A DNA stretch of 64,000 nucleotides, taken from Propioniciclava sp. GTDB taxonomy: Bacteria; Actinomycetota; Actinomycetes; Propionibacteriales; Propionibacteriaceae. The notes below the pieces were generated by a model. It searched no databases and had not been told where the DNA came from. It saw only the letters and a list, made by a program, of their open reading frames with translations. This document shows positions 44,907-59,670 of this stretch, piece by piece. Each line of letters starts with the position of its first letter. Position 1 is the first letter of the stretch. Both the position numbers and the translations under genes were made by a program. The stretch covers positions 1,463,896 to 1,527,895 of the forward strand of contig NZ_JASGHT010000001.1 of the NCBI RefSeq assembly GCF_047602245.1. Reading direction: 5' to 3'.

Positions 44907-46340
44907 ATGAGCGACACGCTGCTACAGGAACCGGCCCACGGGTCGACGATCGAATCCGACGACTATCTCGCCAAACGTTCGCTGCGCAAGGGGACGGCCG
45001 GCTGGGTGCTGCTCGCCGGACTGGGCGTGAGCTACGTGATCTCCGGCGACTACGCCGGATGGAACAACGGACTCCTACTGGGTGGCTTCGGCGGCCTGCT
45101 GATCGCCTCGCTGATCGTCGCGACGATGTACCTGGCGATGGTGCTCGGCATGGCCGAGCTGAGTTCTGCGCTGCCGGCGGCCGGTGGCGGCTACACGTTC
45201 GCCCGCAAGGCGCTGGGCACCTGGGGCGGGTTCATCACCGGGTCGGCGATCCTGATCGAGTACACGATCGCGCCCGCGGCGATCGCGACGTTCATCGGTG
45301 GCTACGTCGAATCGCTGGGATTGTTCGGCATCACCGATGGCTGGTGGATCTACCTGGCCGTCTACGCCCTGTTCATCGCCGTCCATCTGGCCGGGGTCGG
45401 TGAGGCCCTGAAGGCCATGTTCGCGATCACGGTGGTCGCCCTGCTCGGCCTGGTGATCTTCGCCGTCGCGGCGGTGGGCCTGTTCGACATCAACAACCTG
45501 TTCGACATTCCGGTGGATGCGACCGCGTTCGGCGCGAGCCCCTTCCTGCCGCACGGGCTGATGGGGATCTGGGCCGCGGTGCCGTTCGGGATCTGGTTCT
45601 TCCTGGCGCTGGAAGGCGTCCCGCTGGCCGCCGAGGAGGCGCGCAATCCGGCCCGCGACGTGCCGCGCGGCATCATCGTCGCGATGGTGGTGCTCATCAT
45701 CACCGGCGCCCTGGTGCTGTTCCTCGGCACCGGCGCGCTGGGCGCGCAGGCACTCGGCGCCTCGGGCAATCCGCTGGTCGAGGCCCTCGGCGCCGGACCG
45801 GCGGCCACCCTGGTCAACTACATCGGGCTGGCCGGCCTGGTGGCGAGCTTCTTCTCGATCATGTACGCCTACTCGCGGCAGACCTTCGCGCTGTCCCGGG
45901 CCGGCTACCTGCCCCGCTGGCTCTCGCTGACCACCTCCCGCAAGGCGCCCGTGTGGGCACTGGTCGTGCCGGGCGTGATCGGGTTCGCGCTCTCGCTGAC
46001 CGGCAGCGGCGCGATGCTGCTCAACATGGCCGTGTTCGGCGCGGCGGTCAGCTATGTGCTGATGATGGCCAGCCACATCGTGCTGCGGGTCAAGGCGCCC
46101 CAGATGCCGCGTCCGTACCGCACGCCGGGCGGCGTGGTGACCACCTCGATCGCGCTGGTGATCGGCGTGGCCGCCGTGGTGGCGACCTTCCTGGTCGACC
46201 CGGTCGCGGCGTCCGCCACCGCCGGCGTCCTGCTGGCCCTGCTGGCCTACTTCGCGCTCTACTCGCGCCACCACCTGGTGGCGAACTCCCCCGACGAGGA
46301 GTTCGCGGCGCTCGATTCCGCCGCGGACGACGTGTCCTAG
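44907..46340 (+). CDS. ethanolamine permease (APC family)
   Basis: 477 aa, 12 TM amino-acid permease fold, directly upstream of eutBC. Confidence 0.8.
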   Translation: MSDTLLQEPAHGSTIESDDYLAKRSLRKGTAGWVLLAGLGVSYVISGDYAGWNNGLLLGGFGGLLIASLIVATMYLAMVLGMAELSSALPAAGGGYTFARKALGTWGGFITGSAILIEYTIAPAAIATFIGGYVESLGLFGITDGWWIYLAVYALFIAVHLAGVGEALKAMFAITVVALLGLVIFAVAAVGLFDINNLFDIPVDATAFGASPFLPHGLMGIWAAVPFGIWFFLALEGVPLAAEEARNPARDVPRGIIVAMVVLIITGALVLFLGTGALGAQALGASGNPLVEALGAGPAATLVNYIGLAGLVASFFSIMYAYSRQTFALSRAGYLPRWLSLTTSRKAPVWALVVPGVIGFALSLTGSGAMLLNMAVFGAAVSYVLMMASHIVLRVKAPQMPRPYRTPGGVVTTSIALVIGVAAVVATFLVDPVAASATAGVLLALLAYFALYSRHHLVANSPDEEFAALDSAADDVS

Positions 46341-46351
46341 GGGAGGCGTCG

Positions 46352-47764
46352 ATGATCTGGCATCAGACGATCGCCGGCCACAGCTACCGCTTCGACGGCC
46401 TGGTCGACCTGCTCGCCAAGGCGACCCCCGAGCGCTCCGGCGACCAGCTCGCCGGGTGCGCGGCGACCTCGGGTGCCGAACGGGTGGCCGCCCAATGGGT
46501 GCTGGCCGACCTGCCGTTGCGCACCTTCCTAAACGAGCCGGTGGTCGACTACGACACCGACGAGGTCACCCAGCTCATCGTCGACACCCATGATGCGGAG
46601 GCCTTCGCGCCGCTCGCCTCGCTCACCGTGGGCGGGTTCCGGGACTGGCTGCTGGAGGTGAGCACCCGGCCGGACGCCGCTCTGCTGTTGCGCGCGGTCG
46701 CGCCGGGCCTCACCCCCGAGATGGTCGCCGCGGTGAGCAAACTGATGCGCAACCAGGATCTGATCGCGGTCGCCCGGGCAATGCAGGTGGTCGTCGGGTT
46801 CCGCACCACGATCGGGCTGCCGGGAACGCTCGCGACCCGGTTGCAGCCCAACCATCCCACCGACGATCCGCTCGGCGTCGCGGCGGCGACCCTCGACGGG
46901 CTGATGTACGGCGCGGGCGATGCGGTGATCGGCATCAACCCGGCCAGCGACAGCCCGCAGAACTGCGCCGAACTGCTGCGCCTGCTCGACGATGTCCGGG
47001 TGCGTTACGAGATCCCGATGCAGTCGTGCGTGCTCACCCATGTGACCACCACGATCGGGCTGATCGAGGCGGGCGCCCCGGTGGACCTGGTGTTCCAGTC
47101 GGTGGCCGGCACCGAGGCGGCCAACCGAGGCTTCGGCGTCGACCTCGCGGTGCTGCGCGAGGGCCTGGAGGCCGGGCGCTCGCTGCGCCGCGGCACCGTC
47201 GGCGACCACGTCATGTACCTGGAGACCGGACAGGGATCGGCGCTCTCGGCGGGCGCCCACCTGGGCGTCGGCGGGCGTCCGGTCGACCAGCAGACCCTGG
47301 AGGTGCGCGCGTACGCGGTGGCGCGCGCCTGCGAACCGCTGCTGGTCAACACGGTGGTCGGGTTCATCGGACCGGAATATCTCGCCGACGGCCGCCAGAT
47401 CATTCGCGCCGGGCTGGAGGACCATTTCTGCGGCAAACTGCTCGGCCTGCCGATGGGCGTCGACGTCTGCTACACCAACCACGCCGACGCCGACTCCGAC
47501 GACATGGACGTGCTGCTCACCCTGCTCGGCGCGGCCGGGTGCGCGTTCGTGATCACGGTGCCCGGCGCCGACGACGTGATGCTCGGCTACCAGAGCCTGT
47601 CGTTCCACGACGCCCTCTACGCGCGCCGCACCCTCGGGTTGCGCCCCGCGCCCGAGTTCGAGGCCTGGCTGCACCGCCAGCAGATGACCGGCCCCGACGG
47701 CCTGATCCGGCCGTTGGACGCCGCGGCCTCGCCGCTGCGGGCACTGGTGGGAGGACGCGCATGA
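46352..47764 (+). CDS. eutB: ethanolamine ammonia-lyase large subunit
   Basis: 470 aa; HSYRF..L..LLAKA N-terminus and further EutB blocks throughout. Confidence 0.93.
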   Translation: MIWHQTIAGHSYRFDGLVDLLAKATPERSGDQLAGCAATSGAERVAAQWVLADLPLRTFLNEPVVDYDTDEVTQLIVDTHDAEAFAPLASLTVGGFRDWLLEVSTRPDAALLLRAVAPGLTPEMVAAVSKLMRNQDLIAVARAMQVVVGFRTTIGLPGTLATRLQPNHPTDDPLGVAAATLDGLMYGAGDAVIGINPASDSPQNCAELLRLLDDVRVRYEIPMQSCVLTHVTTTIGLIEAGAPVDLVFQSVAGTEAANRGFGVDLAVLREGLEAGRSLRRGTVGDHVMYLETGQGSALSAGAHLGVGGRPVDQQTLEVRAYAVARACEPLLVNTVVGFIGPEYLADGRQIIRAGLEDHFCGKLLGLPMGVDVCYTNHADADSDDMDVLLTLLGAAGCAFVITVPGADDVMLGYQSLSFHDALYARRTLGLRPAPEFEAWLHRQQMTGPDGLIRPLDAAASPLRALVGGRA

Positions 47765-48540
47765 GTGCGGTGACACGCGAGGAATCGGACGGTTTCTGGG
47801 CAGGCCTCCGCGTGCACACCCAGGCACGGATCGGTCTCGGCCACGCCGGCGACGCACTGCCGACCCGGCAGGTCCTGGAGTTCCGCGGCGCGCACGCGCT
47901 CGCCCGGGACGCGGTTCACACCCCGCTGGATGTCGGCACACTGCTGGATTCCTTGGCCGAGACCGGCCTGGGTGAACCGGTGCATGTGACCAGCCGGGCG
48001 GCGACCCGCGAGGAGTACGTGCGGCGCCCCGATCTCGGCCGTCTGCCCGGGCCGCTGGACGCGCTGCGTCCCGCGCACGCCGATCTGGGGATCGTGGTGA
48101 TGGACGGCCTGTCCTCGCGGGCGCTGGCCGACCACGGCGCGGCGCTGGTGCGGGCGCTGCGGGAGGAGATCGGCGACCGCTACACCGTGGCACCACCGGT
48201 CCTGGTGACGCAGGGCAGGGTCGCGCTCGGCGACCACATCGGCGCCGCCCTGGGCGTGAGGACCCTGCTGGTGATCATCGGCGAGCGTCCCGGGCTCTCG
48301 GTGGCCGACAGCCTCGGCATCTACCTGACCCACCAGCCCCGCCCCGGGCTGGCGGATTCGGCGCGCAACTGCATCTCGAACATCCATCCCCCCGACGGGC
48401 TCAGCTATCAGGCCGCCGCGCAGACGGCCATCCGCCTGGTCACCGGCGCCTGGGAGCTCGGTGAGTCCGGAGTCCGGCTGAAGGACACCGGACCGGCGCT
48501 CGGCGCCGCGCCCCAGGGGGAGATCGCGGCAGCCGGCTGA
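47761..48540 (+). CDS. eutC: ethanolamine ammonia-lyase small subunit
   Basis: ATGA overlap with eutB; TQARIGLGHAG and GERPGLS motifs. Confidence 0.9.
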   Translation: MSAVTREESDGFWAGLRVHTQARIGLGHAGDALPTRQVLEFRGAHALARDAVHTPLDVGTLLDSLAETGLGEPVHVTSRAATREEYVRRPDLGRLPGPLDALRPAHADLGIVVMDGLSSRALADHGAALVRALREEIGDRYTVAPPVLVTQGRVALGDHIGAALGVRTLLVIIGERPGLSVADSLGIYLTHQPRPGLADSARNCISNIHPPDGLSYQAAAQTAIRLVTGAWELGESGVRLKDTGPALGAAPQGEIAAAG

Positions 48541-48612
48541 GCCCGCGCGCTCGGTGAGGGCATCACAGAGGCGGCTCAGGATGAGGTCGCGGCGGTCGGC
48601 TGCGCGCACGCA

Positions 48613-48700
48613 TGGTCGTTTTCTATGTCCAGTTTGGAGGGGAGGGTCCACGACAAGGGCAAACGCGACGGCGGGTGAATCTGGACATAGAAATCGACCA
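48613..48700. repeat. hairpin element, copy 2
   Basis: TGGTCGTTTTCTATGTCCAG ... CTGGACATAGAAATCGACCA with a 48-nt core homologous to the core of copy 1. Confidence 0.85.
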
Positions 48701-48747
48701 CCGGTGCGCCCGGAGGTCTCGCGGGTTCGTGCGCTACCTTCGGTCGG

Positions 48748-50427
48748 GTGAGAGCAGCCACGCCGATCGACCACATCGCCGACCAGCACACCCAGCACCT
48801 GGTGCAGGCCAGCCCGCTGCTGGCCACCGCGCTCGGTGTGCCGGGCAGCGACCATCTGCTCGACGATCTGTCCCCGGACGCCCACGCCGCCCACGCGGAC
48901 CTCAACCGGCGCACCCTGGATGCGCTCGCCGCCGCGGTTCCCCAGGACGCGATCGACGAGGTCACCGTCGCCGCGATGCGCGACCGGCTGGGACTCGAAC
49001 TGGAGAGCTTCGAGGCCGGCGACCACCTGACCGACCTGAACAACATCGCCTCACCGCTGCAGCAGGTGCGCAACGGCTTCGACCTGATGCCGCACAGCAC
49101 CGCCGACCATTGGGCGGCGATCGCCGCGCGCATGTCGGCGGCCCCGGCCGCGATGCGGCAGTACGCCGCGACCCTGCGCGAGGGCGCGTGCGCCGGACGC
49201 TTCCCCGCCCGCCGGCAGGTCGAACTGGGCATCGCCGAGGCCCAGGAGCTCGCCGACGATTCCTCGTTCTTCGTGACCTTCGCGGCCTCCGCCCGCCCGG
49301 ACGGCGCCGCGCCCTCCGCGGCACTCGAGGCCGACCTGGCCCGCGGTGTTAGCGACGCACGCGCGGCCTACGCCGGCCTGGCCCGGTTCCTGCGCGACGA
49401 ACTGGCCCCGCACGCCCCCGCGCCGGACGCCGTGGGTCGCGAGCGCTACGCGCGTGCCTCGCGCCTGTTCGTGGGCGCGAGGATCGACCTCGATGAGACC
49501 TACGCCTGGGGGATCGAGGAACTGGCCCGGATCACCGCCGAACAAGAGGCCCTCGCCGCCACGATCGCCGGCCCGGGCGCGAGCGTCGCGGACGCCGTCG
49601 CCGCCCTGGACGCCGATCCGTCCCGCACGCTGCACGGCACCGGCGCGCTCCGGGAGTGGATGCAGGCCACCGCCGACGAGGCGATCGCGGCGCTGGACGG
49701 GGTCCACTTCGACATCGCCGAACCGCTGCGCACCATCGAATGCATGATCGCGCCCACCCAGTCGGGCGGCATCTACTACACCGGGCCGACCGACGACTTC
49801 TCGCGCCCGGGCCGGATGTGGTGGAGCGTGCCCGCGGGCGTGACCACCTTCAACACCTGGCGCGAGAAGACGACCGTCTATCACGAGGGCGTTCCCGGGC
49901 ATCACCTGCAACTGGGGCAGGCGGTCTACAACGCCGCCGAGTTGAACTGGTGGCGCCGGCAGATCTGCTGGCTGTCGGGTCATGGCGAAGGCTGGGCGCT
50001 GTACGCGGAGCGGTTGATGGAGGAGTTCGGGTTCCTCGACGACGCCGGCGACCGTTTCGGCATGCTGGACGCCCAGCGCCTGCGCGCCACCCGCGTGGTG
50101 CTCGATCTGGGCGTCCACCTCGGCAAGCCGGCGTTCGGCCGCTACGGCGGCGGGGTGTGGGACCACAACAAGGCCTGGGCGTTGATGAAGGACAACGTCA
50201 ACATGGACGACGGTTTCCTGCGCTTCGAACTGAACCGCTACCTGGGCTGGCCCGGGCAGGCGCCCAGCTACAAGGTCGGCCAGCGGCTGTGGGAGGACAT
50301 CCGCGCCGCCGCCGCGTCGGCCGCCCGGGCACGCGGTGAGGAGTTCTCGCTGAAGGACTTCCACTCCCGGGCGCTCAACCTCGGTTCCCTACCCTTGGAC
50401 GTGCTGCGCGACCAGTTAGCCCGCTGA
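48748..50427 (+). CDS. DUF885 domain protein
   Basis: 559 aa; HEGVPGHHLQ zinc-peptidase-like motif characteristic of DUF885. Confidence 0.8.
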   Translation: MRAATPIDHIADQHTQHLVQASPLLATALGVPGSDHLLDDLSPDAHAAHADLNRRTLDALAAAVPQDAIDEVTVAAMRDRLGLELESFEAGDHLTDLNNIASPLQQVRNGFDLMPHSTADHWAAIAARMSAAPAAMRQYAATLREGACAGRFPARRQVELGIAEAQELADDSSFFVTFAASARPDGAAPSAALEADLARGVSDARAAYAGLARFLRDELAPHAPAPDAVGRERYARASRLFVGARIDLDETYAWGIEELARITAEQEALAATIAGPGASVADAVAALDADPSRTLHGTGALREWMQATADEAIAALDGVHFDIAEPLRTIECMIAPTQSGGIYYTGPTDDFSRPGRMWWSVPAGVTTFNTWREKTTVYHEGVPGHHLQLGQAVYNAAELNWWRRQICWLSGHGEGWALYAERLMEEFGFLDDAGDRFGMLDAQRLRATRVVLDLGVHLGKPAFGRYGGGVWDHNKAWALMKDNVNMDDGFLRFELNRYLGWPGQAPSYKVGQRLWEDIRAAAASAARARGEEFSLKDFHSRALNLGSLPLDVLRDQLAR

Positions 50428-51162
50428 GCGGACGGTGAACTCGGTCTGGATGGGCTGACGCTGGCCGCCGACATGGACGACCTCGTCACCCTCGACGGCG
50501 AGTTGGCTGGCGTAGCTGCTCAGCGCGTCCTTGATCTGATCGAGGAGCTCAGGGGTAGCGATGCGCTGGCCGGGTGAGTCGGTCACCGACGCCACCTCGA
50601 GAAACGGCACCCCCAGCACGGACGCCGCCGTCCGGCTCGGCGCGTGCAACGCGACGTGGTCGGGGTGCCCATAGCCGCCGTGGGCGTCGTAGCTGACGAT
50701 CGTGGTCGCGCCGAGGTGGGTCGCGTAGGCGGCGATGTCTGCGGCGATCTCGCCGGGGGCGGCGAGGCTGAGGGCGTCCGGGGTCGCCGAGTCACCCGGG
50801 CCCGCGACCGTCTCGGCATCGTCCAGCCAGCGCATACCCGAGTCGGTGTAGCGCCGCTGGTTCAGTCCCGCGGCGCGGGCGGGCGGCGTACCGAGGAACG
50901 CGCGGGCGGTCACGCCCAGCGCCGCGCAGGCGCGGGTCAGTTCGCCCTCACGGTGGACGGCCAACTCGGGGGTCCCCTGCAGCGCGGCGAGCGGTCCCGG
51001 AGGCACTTCACCCTGCTCGCCGCGGGTCGCGGTGAGCACGGCCACCTCGACTCCCCGACTGGTCAGGTGGGCGATCAGCCCGCCGGTCGCCAGCGTCTCG
51101 TCGTCGGGATGGGCATGCACGAACAGCACGCGCGCGGCGTCCGCGAACAGATCCTCAGCCAT
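50416..51162 (-). CDS. PIG-L family deacetylase (MshB/Mca-like)
   Basis: VLFVHAHPDDETLATGG and HPDH motifs. Confidence 0.8.
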   Translation of the reverse strand: MAEDLFADAARVLFVHAHPDDETLATGGLIAHLTSRGVEVAVLTATRGEQGEVPPGPLAALQGTPELAVHREGELTRACAALGVTARAFLGTPPARAAGLNQRRYTDSGMRWLDDAETVAGPGDSATPDALSLAAPGEIAADIAAYATHLGATTIVSYDAHGGYGHPDHVALHAPSRTAASVLGVPFLEVASVTDSPGQRIATPELLDQIKDALSSYASQLAVEGDEVVHVGGQRQPIQTEFTVRSAG

Positions 51163-51319
51163 GGCGCCCCAGCGTAGTGCGCCGGGAGGGCGCCGGTCTC
51201 GGTGCGGGAGCCCCCACCCATCCCGGCCCGGAGTGCGATCGCAGCGCGAGACCAGACAGGTTTGAACGGGCATGACATACTACGGAACGTAGTTGTCGAT
51301 ACCCTCCAGGAGTATTCCC

Positions 51320-51925
51320 ATGCGTCGCACCCCCCTTGCCGCTCTCGCCGCCGCAGCCCTGATCGCGGTGGCGGGATGTACCCCGGCGCCGCAGCAGACC
51401 CCGCAAGCACCGGCCGCGTCACAGCCGGCGGACCAGGCGACGGCGGCCGCCGCCATGCTGGCCAAGCTCGGCCTCGAGAACCTCACCCCGCGGCAGATCG
51501 TCGAGAAGCTCGACCAGGACACCACCCCGCGCCCGCTGCAGATGAAGGCGTCCGTACGCCCCGATCACCTGCTGATCGGCGACGGCACCACCGAGGCCGC
51601 CCTGCCCATCGAAGGCGACAACTCCTTCTACCTGTCGATCGCGCCGTTCGTGAACCGCACCCACGAGTGCCACTTCCACAGCCTGGCCACCTGCCAGGGC
51701 GAGCTGGTGAGCAAGCCCGTGCACGTGCTGATCAAGGACGCCTCCGGCAAGGTCCTCATCGACCAGGACGCCACCACCTACACCAACGGCTTCGTCGCCT
51801 TCTGGCTGCCGCAGGGCATCACCGGAACGGTCACGGTCGAGTCCGACGGCAAGTCGGGAACGGTCCCGTTCTCGTCGCAGGCCAACGACGACGCCACCTG
51901 CCTGACCACGCTCAAGCTCGCCTGA
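51320..51925 (+). CDS. CueP-family metal-binding lipoprotein
   Basis: Lipobox VAGC; HECHFHSLATCQGEL Cys/His cluster. Confidence 0.65.
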   Translation: MRRTPLAALAAAALIAVAGCTPAPQQTPQAPAASQPADQATAAAAMLAKLGLENLTPRQIVEKLDQDTTPRPLQMKASVRPDHLLIGDGTTEAALPIEGDNSFYLSIAPFVNRTHECHFHSLATCQGELVSKPVHVLIKDASGKVLIDQDATTYTNGFVAFWLPQGITGTVTVESDGKSGTVPFSSQANDDATCLTTLKLA

Positions 51926-52784
51926 TCCGCTCGGCGTAGAGACCGGTCACCGCGTCGATGAGCGGCGCCAACCCGACCGGGGGCGCATCGCGCCACCAGA
52001 CCAGCCGCACCGGGATGCGCGGGCCGTCCTTGACCGGCCGGTAGCTGATCCCGAGGCGGGAATGGTGGTCGGCGGTGGCCGCGGCGGTCGTGCCGACGCC
52101 GCGTCCGGCGGCGATGGCGTCGAGCCAGCCGTCCACGTCGCTGGACTCCACGAACCGGGGCACCCGGCCCGAACTACGCCAGAGGTCTTCGGTGGTGTTG
52201 CCGACTCGCGGGTCGATCACCACGGTGCGTTCGGCGATCTCGGCCATGCCGATCTGGCGGCGGCGGGCCCACTGCGCGTCGTCGGCGGGGAAGGCAACCA
52301 GCCGTCGCTCTAGCCCGACGATCGCGGACTCGAACCGGCGCTCGTCGACGGGCCTGCGCACGATCGCGACGTCACACAACCCTTCAGCCAGGCCCGCGGT
52401 CGGCGAGTTGTGCCGGACGAGTTCCAGCTCGATCGCCTCATGCTCGCGCGCCCACACCCGTTGCAGCGGGATCGTGTGCCGGCCGAGCGCCGCCCACGCG
52501 TAGCCGAGCCGGAGCCGGCCGTGCCGCGTCCGCAGGAACCGCTCGAAACCGTCGGCCTCCGCGAGCAGCCGCCGGGCATGCGGCAGCACCTGCTGCCCCA
52601 GACCGGTCGGTTCGCAGCCGCGCGGAATCCGGCGCAGCAGCCGGTCGCCGACCGTTCGTTCCAGGCCGGCGATGGTGCGCGACACGGACGCCTGCGACAC
52701 CCCCAGTTCGAGCGCGGCGTCGGTGAACGATCCGGTCTCCGCGGCGACGACGAACACCCTCAGCTCACGCAGCGTCCAATCCAT
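51912..52784 (-). CDS. LysR family transcriptional regulator
   Basis: LRVFVVAAETGSFTDAALELGVSQASVSRTIAGLE HTH; divergent from the EamA gene. Confidence 0.9.
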   Translation of the reverse strand: MDWTLRELRVFVVAAETGSFTDAALELGVSQASVSRTIAGLERTVGDRLLRRIPRGCEPTGLGQQVLPHARRLLAEADGFERFLRTRHGRLRLGYAWAALGRHTIPLQRVWAREHEAIELELVRHNSPTAGLAEGLCDVAIVRRPVDERRFESAIVGLERRLVAFPADDAQWARRRQIGMAEIAERTVVIDPRVGNTTEDLWRSSGRVPRFVESSDVDGWLDAIAAGRGVGTTAAATADHHSRLGISYRPVKDGPRIPVRLVWWRDAPPVGLAPLIDAVTGLYAERIRRA

Positions 52785-52820
52785 AATCAAACCGTATGGC
52801 AAAGACGAAATATGCACTAG

Positions 52821-53777
52821 GTGAAAGGCAACACGCGCTCCTACCGTGACCTCGTGGGAATGAACCAGACAGGGGCGCACGGCGACGGGCGCGGCGGCAC
52901 GACCGGACGCCGTGCGGCCGGGATCGTCATGATGCTGGCCAGTTCGGCGTCCAACCAGGCGGGCGCGGCGATCGGGGCGATGGCGTTTCCCGCGATCGGA
53001 CCGGTGGGAGTCGTGGCGGTGCGGCAGTTCGCCACCGCGCTGGCCCTCGTCCCGTCCGTGCGCCCGCGCGTGCGCGGGCTGCGGCGGGATCAGTGGCTGC
53101 CGGTACTCGGGCTGGCCGCCGTGTTCAGCGTGATGAACCTGACCCTCTATATGGCGGTCGAGCGCATCGGGCTCGGGCTCGCGGTCACGCTGGAGTTCCT
53201 CGGCCCACTGACGGTCGCCATCGCCGGGTCGCGCCGCGCGATCGATGCGGTGTGCGCGATCCTGGCCGGCGCCGGCGTCCTGGTGCTGACCAATCCGGGA
53301 CCGGCCACCGATCTGCCCGGCATCGCGCTCGCGCTGACGGCCGCGGTGGCGTGGGGCTGCTACATCCTGCTCAACCGGATCCTCGGCGTGCGCCTGCCGG
53401 GACTGCACGGAACCGCGCTGGCCAGCGCGGTCACCGCGGTGCTCTGGCTGCCGGTCGCCGTGGTCTGGTTCGCGACCCATCCGCCGACGGCGACGGCGCT
53501 GCTGCTCGCGGCCGCCTGCGGGCTGCTGTCCTCGATCGTCCCCTACGTCGCCGACCTGCTCGCGCTGCGCCGCGTCCCCGCCGCCATGTTCGGCATCTTT
53601 ACCAGCATCAACCCGGCCTGGGCCGCGCTGGCGGGGTGGCTCCTCCTGCACCAGGCGCTCGGCGCCCACGAGTGGCTCGGCATCGCGATGATCGTGGTGA
53701 GCAGCCTCACCGTCTCCCTGCGGGGCATATCGTCGGCAAGGGCCAGGACCAAGAAATGGTCGTTCTCAGAGCGCTGA
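52821..53777 (+). CDS. EamA/DMT family transporter
   Basis: 10 TM segments in a duplicated EamA pattern; start uncertain. Confidence 0.75.
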   Translation: MKGNTRSYRDLVGMNQTGAHGDGRGGTTGRRAAGIVMMLASSASNQAGAAIGAMAFPAIGPVGVVAVRQFATALALVPSVRPRVRGLRRDQWLPVLGLAAVFSVMNLTLYMAVERIGLGLAVTLEFLGPLTVAIAGSRRAIDAVCAILAGAGVLVLTNPGPATDLPGIALALTAAVAWGCYILLNRILGVRLPGLHGTALASAVTAVLWLPVAVVWFATHPPTATALLLAAACGLLSSIVPYVADLLALRRVPAAMFGIFTSINPAWAALAGWLLLHQALGAHEWLGIAMIVVSSLTVSLRGISSARARTKKWSFSER

Positions 53778-53914
53778 TCAGCGCTCCCGAGGGGTTGGGC
53801 CACGGTGTGGTCGTTATCATCGAGAGCTTGATGCCTTATAACGACCACAGCGTGGCCCAAGCCGCCTCAGGCGTCGCCGACCCCTCTGAAAACGACTTTT
53901 TCTTGGTCCTAGCC
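53741..53914. repeat. 174-bp nested imperfect palindrome between convergent genes
   Basis: Outer stem 53746-53771 pairs with 53884-53909 (26 nt, 3 mismatches). Inner stem 53793-53817 pairs with 53838-53862 (25 nt, 2 mismatches). Confidence 0.8.
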
Positions 53915-53919
53915 GCTGG

Positions 53920-59463
<5,544 letters not shown>

Positions 59464-59670
59464 GGGACCTCCTGGCGCGAACGGACAGCCCTCGGGCGGA
59501 GAGCTGAGGACGAATGTCCCACCCCGGGACGCGTTCGCGCGACGTGACGCGCGGGTCTTGTGGGCACCGCGAGCGATTCAACCGCTCCAGGCCCAACGCC
59601 CTGCGCAAGACTTTGTGGAGACCCCACAAAGTGAAGACTCAACAGGGCTGCCCTCCACACCGGGCGCGAA

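Noticed and set aside
46529-49026. Minus-strand ORFs of 555 and 469 aa, and the plus-strand 504-aa ORF (47026-48540) upstream part
   Set aside because: These are antisense or out-of-frame to eutB, eutC and DUF885. Only the last 259 codons of the 47026 ORF (from 47761) match EutC.
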